Shown: piece after piece, positions 37,167-47,622 of the stretch
How the letters are laid out: the number at the start of each line of letters is the position of its first letter
Numbering within the stretch: the stretch's first letter is position 1
Origin: Myxococcota bacterium
Lineage (GTDB): Bacteria; Myxococcota_A; UBA9160; UBA4427
Length of the DNA stretch: 64,000 nucleotides
Assembly (NCBI GenBank): GCA_965250285.1
Contig: OZ252299.1
Coordinates: forward strand, 5,248,001 to 5,312,000
Direction of reading: 5' to 3'
Notes under the pieces: model-generated
The model's database searches: none
Seen by the model: the letters and a program-made list of their open reading frames with translations, nothing else
What the model was told of the DNA's origin: nothing
Position numbers and translations under genes: made by a program

Positions 37167-37286
37167 ACCGGGCAGGGTACCCCGGCCCGCGAGCGTCGAC
37201 AGCGCGGCACCTGGGTGCCTCGCGCATCGGTGCCCGGGTCGCCCCGGCGTGCGATCATGCGGCTTCGCTTCAGGAGGTCCGACCCG

Positions 37287-39164
37287 ATGCCGTCTATCGC
37301 CCCGTCCTCGGCCTGTTCCCGCTCGATCGGCGCATCCGCGCGTCCGTTGGCGGTCGCACTCGTGGCTGTGTTCTTCGCGCTCGCGTGCGGCGACGACCCT
37401 CCGCCGCCGAAGCCGATCGTGAAGGCGCCCGCGACCGTGCGGTCCACTGCGCTGGGCGACGTGGTCGGCTTCGAGAGCGAAGCCGGTGCCCACGTCTGGC
37501 GCGGCATCCCCTTCGCGCAGCCGCCGGTCGGCGAGCTGCGCTGGCGTGCTCCGCGCGCGCCCGAGCCTTGGGCGGGCACGCGCGAAGCGCTCGAGTTCGG
37601 TCCCTCTTGCGTCCAGTTCTCTGGGCCCGCGGGCGGCGACCCGGGCGACGAGGACAACTGGATCAAGGGCAGCGAAGACTGCCTGTATCTCAACGTGTTC
37701 GCACCGCCGATGGAGCCGGGCGCGGTCCTTGCGGGCGACGAAGCGCTGCCGGTCATGCTGTGGATCCACGGTGGTGGCAACACGATCGGTGATGCGCAGG
37801 TCTATGACGCCAGCACGCTGGCCGTCGATCAGCAGGTCGTGGTCGTGAGCGTGCACTACCGGCTCGGCGCGCTGGGTTGGCTCTATCACGAGGCGCTGCA
37901 CGGCGACGACGCCACGATCGACGATCGATCGGGCAACTACGGCACGCTCGACAACGTCGCGGCCCTCGAGTGGGTTCGCGACAACATTGCGGCCTTCGGC
38001 GGCAATCCGAATCGGGTCACCGTGTTCGGTGAGTCGGCGGGCGGCACGAACGTGTTCGCGCTGCTCCTCACGCCGCGGGCGGCCGGTCTCTTTCACCGCG
38101 CCATCGTGCAGAGTGGCGGCGGCTGGTCGGTGCCGATTGCCGAGGCACGCAACCCGGTCGACGCGACGCCAGCCGGGCACGAGCACAGCGCGAGTGAGCT
38201 GCTCTACATCGTGCTGCAGGCCCAGGGCCAGGCGGATGATCGCGACGAAGCCAAGGTCAAGGCGAAGGACATGAGCTCGAGGGCGATCGCGCAGGCGCTC
38301 CGCTCGGCCACCCCCGAGCAGCTGCTCGAGCAGCTCGGCGGCGAACGTCTGGGCGGCATGTACTCATGGCCAGGCCTGATTCGAGATGGCGCCGTGCTGC
38401 CCGACGTCACGACACTCGAGGCGATCGTGGCCGGGCGGTACAACGCCGTGCCCACGATCTTCGGAACGAACCGCGACGAGAACAAGCTGTTCATGGCCTT
38501 CGGCTCCGACGACATCACGCGGATCGGGCCCATGCCGCTCTGGTTCAACAACGAGCGCATGTACGATCTCTCTTCGGAGTACGGCGCGAAGGGCTGGAAG
38601 GCGCGCGGCGCCGACGAAGCCGCCGACGCCATGGCGATCTCGGGCCGGAGCCCGGCCTGGGTCTACCGCTTCGACTGGGACGAGCTCGGCCGCTTTCTGT
38701 GGGTCGATCTGTCGAGGTTGATCGGCGCGGCTCATGCGCTCGAGCTGCCCTTCATGTTCGGCACGCTGAATCTCGGCCCCGCGAGCGACTACGCCTTCCC
38801 CGAAGACAGCCGACCGGGTGCCCGCAAGCTGGCCGACGAGATGATGGGCTACTGGGGGCGCTTCGCGCGTACCGGTGACCCGAACGGCGCCGGCGCACCG
38901 GTCGAGTGGCCCGCCTGGCAGGCCGGCGCGGGACAGTTTCTCGTCTTCGACTCGGATGCGGGCGGCGGTCTGCACGTGTCGAGCGAAACCGTGACCCGGG
39001 AGAGCGTCATCGCCGCCGTGGCCGAGGACGACCGCTTCGAGACGAACGCCGAGCGGTGTCGCGTCTACGGTGAGATGGTGGTGTTCGGTCGCTACCTCGA
39101 GGAAGACCGGTACCGGTCGATCCTCGATGGATCGTGTGCCGAGGTGCCGCTGCCGGCCGGGTGA
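37287..39164 (+). CDS. Type-B carboxylesterase, probable lipoprotein
   Basis: LAC lipobox; GIPFAQPPVGELRW, SEDCLYLNV, WIHGGG, FGESAGG and AAHALEL; AGGAGG RBS. Confidence 0.9.
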   Translation: MPSIAPSSACSRSIGASARPLAVALVAVFFALACGDDPPPPKPIVKAPATVRSTALGDVVGFESEAGAHVWRGIPFAQPPVGELRWRAPRAPEPWAGTREALEFGPSCVQFSGPAGGDPGDEDNWIKGSEDCLYLNVFAPPMEPGAVLAGDEALPVMLWIHGGGNTIGDAQVYDASTLAVDQQVVVVSVHYRLGALGWLYHEALHGDDATIDDRSGNYGTLDNVAALEWVRDNIAAFGGNPNRVTVFGESAGGTNVFALLLTPRAAGLFHRAIVQSGGGWSVPIAEARNPVDATPAGHEHSASELLYIVLQAQGQADDRDEAKVKAKDMSSRAIAQALRSATPEQLLEQLGGERLGGMYSWPGLIRDGAVLPDVTTLEAIVAGRYNAVPTIFGTNRDENKLFMAFGSDDITRIGPMPLWFNNERMYDLSSEYGAKGWKARGADEAADAMAISGRSPAWVYRFDWDELGRFLWVDLSRLIGAAHALELPFMFGTLNLGPASDYAFPEDSRPGARKLADEMMGYWGRFARTGDPNGAGAPVEWPAWQAGAGQFLVFDSDAGGGLHVSSETVTRESVIAAVAEDDRFETNAERCRVYGEMVVFGRYLEEDRYRSILDGSCAEVPLPAG

Positions 39165-39246
39165 GGCGGGTTGCCGTGGTCGGCGCTTCGGCCGGGCCGT
39201 CCTCGGGCTCCGCTCCCAGTATGCGAACCGGTTTTCCCGCCTCCGT

Positions 39247-39705
39247 CTATCCCTCAGTCGGACCCGCGCCCCCGAGAACCCTCCAGCGGGCGGTGGCCGA
39301 GGTCAGCACCTCGCCGCTCGCAGCGTCGCGGATCTCGCCTCGCACGTAGACGTCGCGTCCGTCGACGCGGTCGGGGCTGGCCCAGATGACGATGGGGTCT
39401 TCGGTGGGGACCGGGCGCTTGTACTGCAGCGCAAAGTCCGCCGTGACCATGGGCTTCTCTTCGTCGTCGAAGGCGCAGTGGGCGGCGACGCCCATGACTT
39501 CGTCGAGGATCGTCGCCTGGATGCCGCCGTGGATCACGCCCGGCACGCCTCCGAAATGCGACGCGGCCTCGTAGCGGCACTCGACTTCGCGGGGACCGGT
39601 TCGAACGAACTCCAGCTGCAGGCCGCGTTCGTTGTGCGGACTGCATCCGAAGCAGGCGTTGTCGGGGTCGTCGAAGCTCGTGGGAACGCCCTGCTCGAGC
39701 CGCAT
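39247..39705 (-). CDS. PaaI-family thioesterase
   Basis: CFGCSPHNERGL and HGGIQATILDEVM. Confidence 0.88.
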   Translation of the reverse strand: MRLEQGVPTSFDDPDNACFGCSPHNERGLQLEFVRTGPREVECRYEAASHFGGVPGVIHGGIQATILDEVMGVAAHCAFDDEEKPMVTADFALQYKRPVPTEDPIVIWASPDRVDGRDVYVRGEIRDAASGEVLTSATARWRVLGGAGPTEG

Positions 39706-39760
39706 CTGCGCTCTCCTTGTTCCTCTTCGGTTCGTGTGTCCGGTCTACGCAAGCGGTCGC

Positions 39761-40264
39761 TCAGCGGGGCTTCTTCTCCGCGTCGCCGAGGACGATCATC
39801 AGCGTGGCGTCCCCGAGCGCGACGGCCTTGCCGCGATCGTCGGTCACGGTGCTCTGGGCGTGCACCACTCGCCGTCCCTCGTGAACGATCTTCGACTCGA
39901 CCGTCGCGCGGCCTTGACCGACCGCGCGCAAGTACTTGAGGCGAAGATCGACGTTCGTCATCACGCCGCGGGTCTCGCGCACACGCTGGTAGGTCTCGGT
40001 CATCAACATGGCCTGGGTGATGCTCATGTCGACGAGCGTCGCGATCACTCCGCCGTGCATCTGGCCGTTCGGATTGCGGAGGTGGTCGACGAGGTCGACG
40101 CTGACTCGCGCGTAGCCCGGCGCCATGTCCTCGACTTCGAGGCCCATGTGCTGAAAGAACGGGAAGTCGGCTGCGAAGCGCAGCAGCTTCTCCTTCAGCG
40201 CGGCGTCGGTGGTCGAATCGGTCGGGGTCTGCGGGCCGTCGGTGTCGGGTGTGCGATCGGTCAT
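39761..40264 (-). CDS. PaaI-family thioesterase
   Basis: NPNGQMHGGVIATLVD and DLRLKYLRAV. Confidence 0.88.
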   Translation of the reverse strand: MTDRTPDTDGPQTPTDSTTDAALKEKLLRFAADFPFFQHMGLEVEDMAPGYARVSVDLVDHLRNPNGQMHGGVIATLVDMSITQAMLMTETYQRVRETRGVMTNVDLRLKYLRAVGQGRATVESKIVHEGRRVVHAQSTVTDDRGKAVALGDATLMIVLGDAEKKPR

Positions 40265-40376
40265 GAGGGAGAGCGTTGTAACCGAATCGATGCGCCGCGG
40301 CCAGCCACGGCTCTGGGCTGCTTCAGAGCGCTCCTGGGGCGTCTGGGTGCCCGCTCATGTCGAAGAGGGGCGTGTG

Positions 40377-40904
40377 TCAGCAGGCCGAGGCGGCGTGTTC
40401 GGCGGGCTCGATATCACGGACGCGCTCGAGCAATCGCAGTCGCAACCGCAGTAGCTCGTGACCGTACTCGCGCGAGAGCTGCGTGTACGGGTTCTGCGCG
40501 TCGTTCGGAGCCCCACTGATCGAAGCCGCGAGCTGAGCGCGGATCTCGGCGATCGCCGCATCGAGCCACTCGCTCGCCGCGGGCAGTGTCGCGTCGTCGA
40601 GCATCGACACCTTCAGCAGCATCTGGTCGCGCACCGAGGCGTCGCTGTCGGGCGCGATCGCGAGCCAGCGTCGCAGCTCCTGCCGACCGCGATCGGTGAT
40701 GCGGTAGACCTTGCGAGCACGGCCGTTGTGAACCTCGGTGTCGTGAACGATGAAGCCGTCGCGCTCGAGCTCATGGAGCGCCGGGTACACCGACGCGTTC
40801 GTCATGGGGTACATCCACGAATACGCCTGCGCGACTTGCCGCAAGCGATAACCGTGCATGGGTTCCCAACTGAGAAGACCGAGGAGTGTGTGACGCACCG
40901 CCAT
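40377..40904 (-). CDS. PadR-family transcriptional regulator
   Basis: LLGLL..EPMHGY, SVYPALHELE and RKVYRITDRGRQEL. Confidence 0.88.
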   Translation of the reverse strand: MAVRHTLLGLLSWEPMHGYRLRQVAQAYSWMYPMTNASVYPALHELERDGFIVHDTEVHNGRARKVYRITDRGRQELRRWLAIAPDSDASVRDQMLLKVSMLDDATLPAASEWLDAAIAEIRAQLAASISGAPNDAQNPYTQLSREYGHELLRLRLRLLERVRDIEPAEHAASAC

Positions 40905-41252
40905 GACGCTCATCATCTTACACGGATCGCAGCGCGCTTGTCGGCGGCAACACATCGGCAAGGCCTTCTTCACGCAAACGACTGAGTGCGAAGTTGCGAC
41001 AGGCATCATGCAGCGAAGTCATGTGTGACTCATGATCGTGTCGTTGCAATTCGGCTTGCACGATGCGCGTGGATCGAAGCATTGGAGATCGGGGCTGCTC
41101 GCTCGATCTTTCAGGGCCTTTTCGCAATGCACACAGGTGAAACCCCGAAACGTCGAACACGCGTGGGTTCGATTCCCAGAATCTGCTTTCTTCGCTTGTG
41201 AGCCATCGATGAGCAAGCGTCTGACTCGGAAGCGAGGTGGAGTCAAAGCCCC

Positions 41253-42110
41253 ATGACAGTCGATGTCCGATTGATCACCGATGAAGATCGTGACGATCTC
41301 GCGTCGTTCTTTGATTCGCGTGCGGACACCACGCTTTTCTTGCGCAGCAACCTCGAAATGGCGGGTCTTCGGAACGCAACGCATCCCTTCGGTGGGTGCT
41401 GGGCCGGAGCGTTTTCGGGCGATGCGCTGGTGGCCGTCGCCGCCCACTTCAACGGGGGCAACGTCGTCGTGGCCGGTGTGCAGGCGATCGGTGATGTCTC
41501 TCGATTCGCGGTCGCACAGTCGGGGCGTGTCGTCCGCGGAGTCGTCGGGCCCTGGCGTGAAGCGAACGTCGCGCTCGATGCGCTCGCACTCACGGAAGCG
41601 CCGTCGCTTTCGAGTCGTGAGCTTCTGTATCGGCTGTCGATCGATCGGCTGGCCGTGCCGACCGCGCTCGAAGCGGGTCGCGTGCGCTGCCGGTCGTCGG
41701 ACGAAAGCGAGCTGCCCGCGCTCGCCGATTGGCGCGTCGCGTTCGAAGTCGAGAGCCTCGACAAGGCGCCTTCGGCGCGCCAGCGCGCACTGGCTCACGA
41801 GAGCATCACACGCGCCCACGATGCCCAGAGGCTCTACGTGCTCGAAGACGACTCGAGGTCGGCGGTCGCGACGAGCGCTTTCAACGCGTGGGCGGACGGC
41901 ATCGTTCAGATCGGTGGCGTCTTCACGCCGCCCGAGCTGCGTGGACGCGGGTACGGTCGCAGCGTCGTCGCCGGCTCGCTCCTCGATGCGGCGCGGCGTG
42001 GCGCGCACCGCGCCGTGCTCTTCACCGGCGAGACCAATCGCGCCGCGCAGCGCGCGTACGAGGCGCTCGGCTTCGAGGCGGTGGGCGACTACGGCCTGCT
42101 GCTCTTCTGA
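41253..42110 (+). CDS. GNAT acetyltransferase (C-terminal GNAT domain)
   Basis: QIGGVFTPPELRGRGYG and N.AAQRAYEALGF. Confidence 0.88.
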   Translation: MTVDVRLITDEDRDDLASFFDSRADTTLFLRSNLEMAGLRNATHPFGGCWAGAFSGDALVAVAAHFNGGNVVVAGVQAIGDVSRFAVAQSGRVVRGVVGPWREANVALDALALTEAPSLSSRELLYRLSIDRLAVPTALEAGRVRCRSSDESELPALADWRVAFEVESLDKAPSARQRALAHESITRAHDAQRLYVLEDDSRSAVATSAFNAWADGIVQIGGVFTPPELRGRGYGRSVVAGSLLDAARRGAHRAVLFTGETNRAAQRAYEALGFEAVGDYGLLLF

Positions 42111-42218
42111 GCCCGTGACGGTTCGCGCGCGCGTTCGGGTTCGGGCGCGGCCTCAACCGCCACCGGTCAGCCGCCGATGAGAGAAGGGCGACTCGAATTC
42201 ACCATCTGAAACGAGTAC

Positions 42219-42247
42219 TTGTACGCATACGCAATCGTATGTAGAAT
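42219..42247 (+). promoter_or_regulatory. Sigma70-like promoter with an operator palindrome in its spacer (alkB-like gene)
   Basis: TTGTAC-17nt-TAGAAT; the spacer contains CATACG-CAAT-CGTATG. Confidence 0.65.
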
Positions 42248-42276
42248 TCGGATCCGCGCCCAGGAGTCCCCCCGCC

Positions 42277-43740
42277 ATGGCTGTTGCTGCCGATGCCGCC
42301 CCCGAAACCCCCCGGCTGAACGCGTTCGAGGTCTTCACGATTTGGGTGAAGCACCTGCGCTCGTTCCTCTTTCCGGCGGTCGCCCTCGCGTTCATCTGGA
42401 CCGGCCCTCACCCGTGGTACGTGGCGCCGCTCTTCCTGATTCCCTCGGTGCTGATGCTGCTGGCCGACCGAGGAGACCGCGTCGAGCTGCGCCAGCCGCT
42501 CGACACGCTTCCGGCCTGGCCCTTCGATGCGCTCGTCTATCTGCTGGCCGCATCTCAGTTCGTGATCGTCTTCTCGCTCGCCTACATGTTCACCCAGCAG
42601 TCGATCTTCTCGATCGACATGCTGATGGTGGTGATCGGCGTCGGCGCCAACTCGGGGTTCTCGATCATCACGGCGCACGAGTTGATCCACCGCAAGGGCC
42701 GCTTCGATCAGCTCCTCGGTCGCGGTATCCTCTGCACGGTGCTCTACGAGCACTTCTACACCGAGCACTTGCGCGGGCATCACGTGCTCGTCGGCACGCC
42801 CGACGACCCGGCCACTGCGCGCTTCGGCGAGAGCTACGAGGAATTCTGGCGCCGCACGGTGCCCGGGCAGTGGAAGAGCGCCTGGCGTCTCGAGAAGCGG
42901 CGCCTCGGCGACGCAGACATGTCGCTCTTCGATCCGCGGATGCTGGGGAACCGCATGATCCACGGGCTCGTGGTCGAGTGGGGCATCGTTGGGGGTGTCT
43001 ACTTCTTCCTCGGGCTCGCCCCGACCGTGGCCTACGTGCTGCAGGCGTTGATGGCCGTGCGGCTGCTCGAAGCGGTCAACTACTTCGAGCACTGGGGGCT
43101 CGCGCGCAAGAAGAAGCGCGTGCGTCCCGTCGACTCGTGGGACACGCACTCGCAGTTCACGTACTACGGGCTCGTCGGGCTATCGCGCCACGCGGATCAT
43201 CACGCGTGGCCGAGCAGGCCGTATCAGCAGCTGCGCGTCTGGGACGAGGCGCCCGTTCTGCCCACCGGCTACATCGGCACCGTCGACATGGTCATGGCGC
43301 GCAACGACGACTTCCGGGCCGAGGCCACGGCCGAGCTCGAGCGTCGCAACCTCGGTCCATTCGAAGACGTGACCGAGCCCGAAGAGCGCGCGCGCCTGGT
43401 CGAGCAGGGCCGCGGCGAAGCCCGAGACACCGGTCGCGGGCCGATCATGGAGCTCGCCCGCTTCTGGCGTACGCTGCCCGAGCGATTCCGGCCGGTACTC
43501 TTCTTCGGCGCGCTGCTGCTCGCCGTCACGCTCGGGGCCCAGCTCGAAGCCGGGTGGGGCGACATGGCGTTCGTCTCTCGCTTCGGGCTGAACGCCTGGA
43601 TCCTCGCCGTGTTCGCGAGCGTCTTCCTGCTGCGTCCCGCCGTGCTGAGGCTGGTGCGCAACGAATGGGCCTCGTGGGTGCTGGTGCTGGCGGGCTTCGT
43701 CACGGTCGGGCACCTGACGGATCGATTCCTGGGTCTCTGA
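42277..43740 (+). CDS. alkB: Alkane 1-monooxygenase (AlkB)-like di-iron membrane hydroxylase with C-terminal TM extension
   Basis: HELIH, EHLRGHH, TPDDPATAR.GES, NYFEHWG and RHADHH. Confidence 0.8.
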   Translation: MAVAADAAPETPRLNAFEVFTIWVKHLRSFLFPAVALAFIWTGPHPWYVAPLFLIPSVLMLLADRGDRVELRQPLDTLPAWPFDALVYLLAASQFVIVFSLAYMFTQQSIFSIDMLMVVIGVGANSGFSIITAHELIHRKGRFDQLLGRGILCTVLYEHFYTEHLRGHHVLVGTPDDPATARFGESYEEFWRRTVPGQWKSAWRLEKRRLGDADMSLFDPRMLGNRMIHGLVVEWGIVGGVYFFLGLAPTVAYVLQALMAVRLLEAVNYFEHWGLARKKKRVRPVDSWDTHSQFTYYGLVGLSRHADHHAWPSRPYQQLRVWDEAPVLPTGYIGTVDMVMARNDDFRAEATAELERRNLGPFEDVTEPEERARLVEQGRGEARDTGRGPIMELARFWRTLPERFRPVLFFGALLLAVTLGAQLEAGWGDMAFVSRFGLNAWILAVFASVFLLRPAVLRLVRNEWASWVLVLAGFVTVGHLTDRFLGL

Positions 43741-43809
43741 GCACGCGCCTGCCTGCTACCGTCGCAGCCCGCGCGCGACCCCGCGCGCGCTGCGATGCGA
43801 GGAGAGGCG

Positions 43810-44685
43810 ATGAGGCTCGTCACCTTCAGCACCGCGGGCACGGGCCCGCGCGTGGGCCTGATCGACGGCGACGCCGTCGCCGATGTCCGTGGGGTCGACG
43901 ATCGGCTGCCCGAGCGCATGGAGGCCTTTCTCGAGGCGGGCGCCGAGGCGCGCAGCGGTGCCGAGGCCGCGCTCTCGGGCGCCCCGCGCATCGGGCTCGC
44001 TGACGTCACGCTGCACTCGCCGGTGCTGCGCCCGCCGAAGATCCTCGCGGTCGGTCTCAACTATGCCGACCACGTCGAAGAGGCGGGGATGGACACGCCG
44101 ACGATCCCGATGATCTTCAACAAGCAGTCGACCTCGGCGCACGGTCCGTTCGCGCCGTTCCATCGGCCTCGGGTCTCGGACAAGCTCGACTACGAAGGCG
44201 AGCTCGCGATCGTCATCGGCCGGCGCTGCCGGCACGTGCCGAGAGACCGCGCGCACGAAGTCATCGCCGGCTACACCGTCTGCAACGACGTCAGCGTGCG
44301 TGATTGGCAGATGCGATCGGCCACGTTCACGATGGGCAAGAGCTTCGACACGCACTGCCCGCTCGGCCCCTGGATCGTGACGGGCGATGAGCTGGGCGAC
44401 CCGCATCGGCTCGCGATTCGAACCTGGGTGAACGGCGAGCTGCGCCAGGATTCGAACACGAGACATCTCATCTTCGACTGCTTCGACCTGGTCGAGCACC
44501 TGTCGACTGCGTTCACGCTCGAGCCGGGCGACGTCATTCCGACCGGTACGCCGGGGGGCGTCGGTGCGACGATGCGCCCGCGTCAGTATCTGACGCCGGG
44601 CGATCGCGTGAAGATCGAGATCGAGGACATCGGCGCGATCGAGAGCGAAGTCATCGAGGAGCCCGCCGACACGATGCGCATCTGA
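43810..44685 (+). CDS. Fumarylacetoacetate hydrolase family protein
   Basis: VGLNYADH, LDYEGEL, NDVSVRD, GKSFDT and TGTPGGVG. Confidence 0.9.
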   Translation: MRLVTFSTAGTGPRVGLIDGDAVADVRGVDDRLPERMEAFLEAGAEARSGAEAALSGAPRIGLADVTLHSPVLRPPKILAVGLNYADHVEEAGMDTPTIPMIFNKQSTSAHGPFAPFHRPRVSDKLDYEGELAIVIGRRCRHVPRDRAHEVIAGYTVCNDVSVRDWQMRSATFTMGKSFDTHCPLGPWIVTGDELGDPHRLAIRTWVNGELRQDSNTRHLIFDCFDLVEHLSTAFTLEPGDVIPTGTPGGVGATMRPRQYLTPGDRVKIEIEDIGAIESEVIEEPADTMRI

Positions 44686-44710
44686 GCATCGTCGCCCGCG
44701 AATCATCCGC

Positions 44711-45928
44711 ATGTCCGAGATCATCCTCATCAATCTGACTGGACCCGATGGGCCGGGGATCACGCAGCAGCTCGGTGCGATCCTCGCCGATCACGACGTA
44801 CGCATTCTCGACATCGGTCAGTCGGTCATCCACGACACGCTCACGCTCGGGATCCTGATCGAGGTGCCGCCCGAGAGCGAGTCGCATCCGGTGCTCAAGG
44901 ACGTGCTCTTCAAGGCGCACGCCTGGGAGCTGCAGGCGCGCTTCACGCCGATCACCCTCGAAGAGTACGAGACGTGGGTCGATGCCCAGGGCAAGCAGCG
45001 CCACATACTGACCCTGCTCGGTCCCCAGCTCTCGGCGCGCCATCTCGCGGGCGTGGGTGAGGTCGCGAGTCGGCACGGGCTGAACATCGACCACATCACG
45101 CGACTCTCGGGGCGCGTCTCGCTCGCGCATCCGAGGGACGCCCGTCGATCGTGTGTCGAGTTCTCCGTTCGCGGCTCGCCGCCCGACCCGTCGCGGCTGC
45201 GCGCCGACCTGCTCGCGCTCGCGGGCGAGCTGGGCGTCGACATCGCGTTCCAGGTCGACGACATCTTTCGGCGCAACCGGCGGATGGTGGCCTTCGACAT
45301 GGATTCGACGCTGATCCAGGCCGAGGTCATCGACGAACTCGCGGCCGAAGCGGGGGTCGGCGACCAGGTCGCCGCCATCACCGAGCGCGCGATGAACGGC
45401 GAGCTCGACTTCAGGCAGAGCCTGAGCGCGCGCCTCGCTCTGCTCGAAGGTCTTTCGGTCGACGTGCTCGAGAAGGTGGCGGCGCGGTTGCCCCTCACCG
45501 ACGGCGCCGAGCGCTTGGTCGGCACGCTCCGCACGCTCGGCTACAAGACCGCGATCCTCTCGGGTGGCTTCACGTTCGCGGGCGCCCACCTGCAGCGGAT
45601 CCTCGGCATCGACCACGTGCACGCCAACGAACTCGAGGTGCGCGATGGCAAGCTCACGGGTCGCGTCGTCGGCGGCGTCGTCGACGGCGCGCGCAAGGCC
45701 GAGCTGCTGCGCGAGATCGCGGCCCAAGAGGGCATTCGGCTCGAGCAGGTCATCGCGGTCGGGGACGGCGCGAACGATCTCCCGATGCTCGACGCGGCGG
45801 GCCTCGGCATCGCGTTTCACGCGAAGCCGAAGGTGCGGGCCGAGGCGGGGCAGGTCATCTCGAACCTGGGCCTCGACGGCATTCTTTATCTCATCGGGAT
45901 GAGCGACCGCGACGTGTTGCAGGCCTGA
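44711..45928 (+). CDS. serB: Phosphoserine phosphatase with two ACT domains
   Basis: FDMDSTLIQAEVIDELA, SGGF and GDGANDLPM; N-terminal ACT domains. Confidence 0.93.
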   Translation: MSEIILINLTGPDGPGITQQLGAILADHDVRILDIGQSVIHDTLTLGILIEVPPESESHPVLKDVLFKAHAWELQARFTPITLEEYETWVDAQGKQRHILTLLGPQLSARHLAGVGEVASRHGLNIDHITRLSGRVSLAHPRDARRSCVEFSVRGSPPDPSRLRADLLALAGELGVDIAFQVDDIFRRNRRMVAFDMDSTLIQAEVIDELAAEAGVGDQVAAITERAMNGELDFRQSLSARLALLEGLSVDVLEKVAARLPLTDGAERLVGTLRTLGYKTAILSGGFTFAGAHLQRILGIDHVHANELEVRDGKLTGRVVGGVVDGARKAELLREIAAQEGIRLEQVIAVGDGANDLPMLDAAGLGIAFHAKPKVRAEAGQVISNLGLDGILYLIGMSDRDVLQA

Positions 45929-46015
45929 TCGCCGGTCGCGTCGCAGGACGCCCGTGCGTGGGTCGCGGGCGGGCGCGGGCGGCGCGCAGGGCGCGGTCGA
46001 TCGGGCGCGGCGGCT

Positions 46016-46195
46016 TCAATCGATCTCGCTTTTGAGCGCGTCGATCGCGAATCGCAACGAGACGCGGGTCTGATTGCCGATGCGCGGGCTCTCGATCAGC
46101 CGTTCGAGGCTCCGGATCGTCTCGTTGATCTCGAGCGAGTCGAGCTCCATGACGAAGACCGTCCGGTCGAAGTGCTGCGTGTCGTGAGCGGCCAT
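46016..46195 (-). CDS. Small 59-aa hypothetical protein (not in the ORF track)
   Basis: GGAG-N5-ATG; MAAHDTQHFDRTVFVMELDSLEINETIRSLERLIESPRIGNQTRVSLRFAIDALKSEID; genome-typical C/G-ending codons. Confidence 0.6.
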   Translation of the reverse strand: MAAHDTQHFDRTVFVMELDSLEINETIRSLERLIESPRIGNQTRVSLRFAIDALKSEID

Positions 46196-46510
46196 GCATT
46201 CTCCGGTGCGAAGGTCGCGGCGGCGATTCGATCCCGCCTACACAAGAACGTGGTACGAGGCCATCGATTGTGGCGTGCGCCTTCGACGAAGACGGACGAT
46301 CCTGCGGCCCCGCGTACGCATCAGCGCTTCTTTTCCGTTCGCTGCCTCTTGGCTGCGCATCGGCTGCGTGGTGCCGTCGAGGCGCGTTCGCCACTGAGCT
46401 GGGAAGGCAGGTGTGAGGGAGGCGATCCCCGCGGCTAGACTCGCCGCTTCGCTGCCGACCGCAGCCCGAGCCGTCGCGCCTCGAGCGCGTCCCCAAGCCC
46501 AGGAGATGCC

Positions 46511-47308
46511 ATGTCCGCCGTCCTCGTCGACGTCCAGAACCACGTCATGACCGTGACGTTGAACCGACCCGAGAAGAAGAACGCCGTCAACTGCGAGGTG
46601 ATGTGCCGGCTCTTCGACGCGTGGAAGCGCGTCGATGAAGACGACGACGTGCGCGCTGCGATCCTGACCGGCAACGGCGACACGTTCTGCGCGGGCATGG
46701 ATCTGTCCGAGATCCCCAAGCTCTCGAGTGGCAAGCCCGACAGCGAGTGGATGGAGCGAGTCATGAAGGAGCCCGAGGTCATCTACGGCGCATGGCTCAA
46801 GACCTACCGGCCGACCAAACCGATTCTGCTCGCCGCCGAGGGCTTTGCGCGCGCGGGCGGCACCGAGATCCTGCAGGGCACCGACATTCGCGTCGCCGGC
46901 GAGAGCGCGATGTTCGGTGTGACCGAGGTGCAGCGCGGCCTCTTTCCGATGGCCGGCTCGGCCGTTCGGCTGCGTCGACAGATCCCCTACGCGATCGCAG
47001 CCGAGATGCTGCTCGCGGGTGAAGACCTGCCGGCCAGGCGCGCCTACGAGCTCGGTCTCGTCAATCACATCGTGCCCGACGGGCAGGCGGTCGCGAAGGC
47101 GAACGAGATCGCGACCCGCATCGCCGAGAACGGCCCGCTCGCCGTGAAGGGCATCCTCGCCACCCTGCGCGCGACCGAGACGATGCCCGAAGAAGAGGCC
47201 TTCGTGATCGAGCAGCAGCACGGCATGAAGGTGATGTCGTCGAAGGATGCGGTGGAGGGGCCGCGGGCGTTCCTCGAGAAGCGGAAGCCGGAGTTCACGG
47301 GGGCGTGA
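46511..47308 (+). CDS. Enoyl-CoA hydratase/crotonase
   Basis: LNRPEKKNA, FCAGMDL, AGGTE, EVQRGL and EGPRAFLEKRKPEF. Confidence 0.9.
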   Translation: MSAVLVDVQNHVMTVTLNRPEKKNAVNCEVMCRLFDAWKRVDEDDDVRAAILTGNGDTFCAGMDLSEIPKLSSGKPDSEWMERVMKEPEVIYGAWLKTYRPTKPILLAAEGFARAGGTEILQGTDIRVAGESAMFGVTEVQRGLFPMAGSAVRLRRQIPYAIAAEMLLAGEDLPARRAYELGLVNHIVPDGQAVAKANEIATRIAENGPLAVKGILATLRATETMPEEEAFVIEQQHGMKVMSSKDAVEGPRAFLEKRKPEFTGA

Positions 47309-47328
47309 GGTTCGGGGGTTGCACGGGC

Positions 47329-47461
47329 CGGCTTTTCGGGGGTGTCGTCCTCGGATTCCGGCTCGCTGGCTTTACGGGCCCCAGGCGCTTTCGCTTGCCT
47401 TGAGGCGCCGGGGTGTTTTGGCGCTCGCCTCCAACCTGCGGGCGCCACCCCCGAAAAGCCG
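47329..47461 (+). repeat. Structured hairpin repeat family A, copy 6
   Basis: CGGCTTTTCGGGGGTGTCG-TCCTCGGA ... CCAACCTGCGGG-CGCCACCCCCGAAAAGCCG; closest to copy 1. Confidence 0.9.
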
Positions 47462-47622
47462 AGGGCGTGGCTCGGGTGGGGTTTCGACCCGGCCGCGGGC
47501 TTCGCTCGCTTGGGTCGTTGAATCATCATTGAATCTGAGGTGCGGGCGGGCTGCGGAGGGCGCAGATCCCCGTGGGCGTGGGCGCTTGCTCGCTTTGGGC
47601 GGGGTTCGGTGACGCCCCAACC

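Noticed and set aside
41163..41180. tRNA T-arm-like TGGGTTCGATTCCCA
   Set aside because: No D-arm, anticodon arm or matching acceptor stem nearby.
30934..45928. A serA/serB serine-biosynthesis cluster
   Set aside because: The genes are about 13 kb apart, and the dehydrogenase lacks the ACT domain, so its substrate cannot be assigned.
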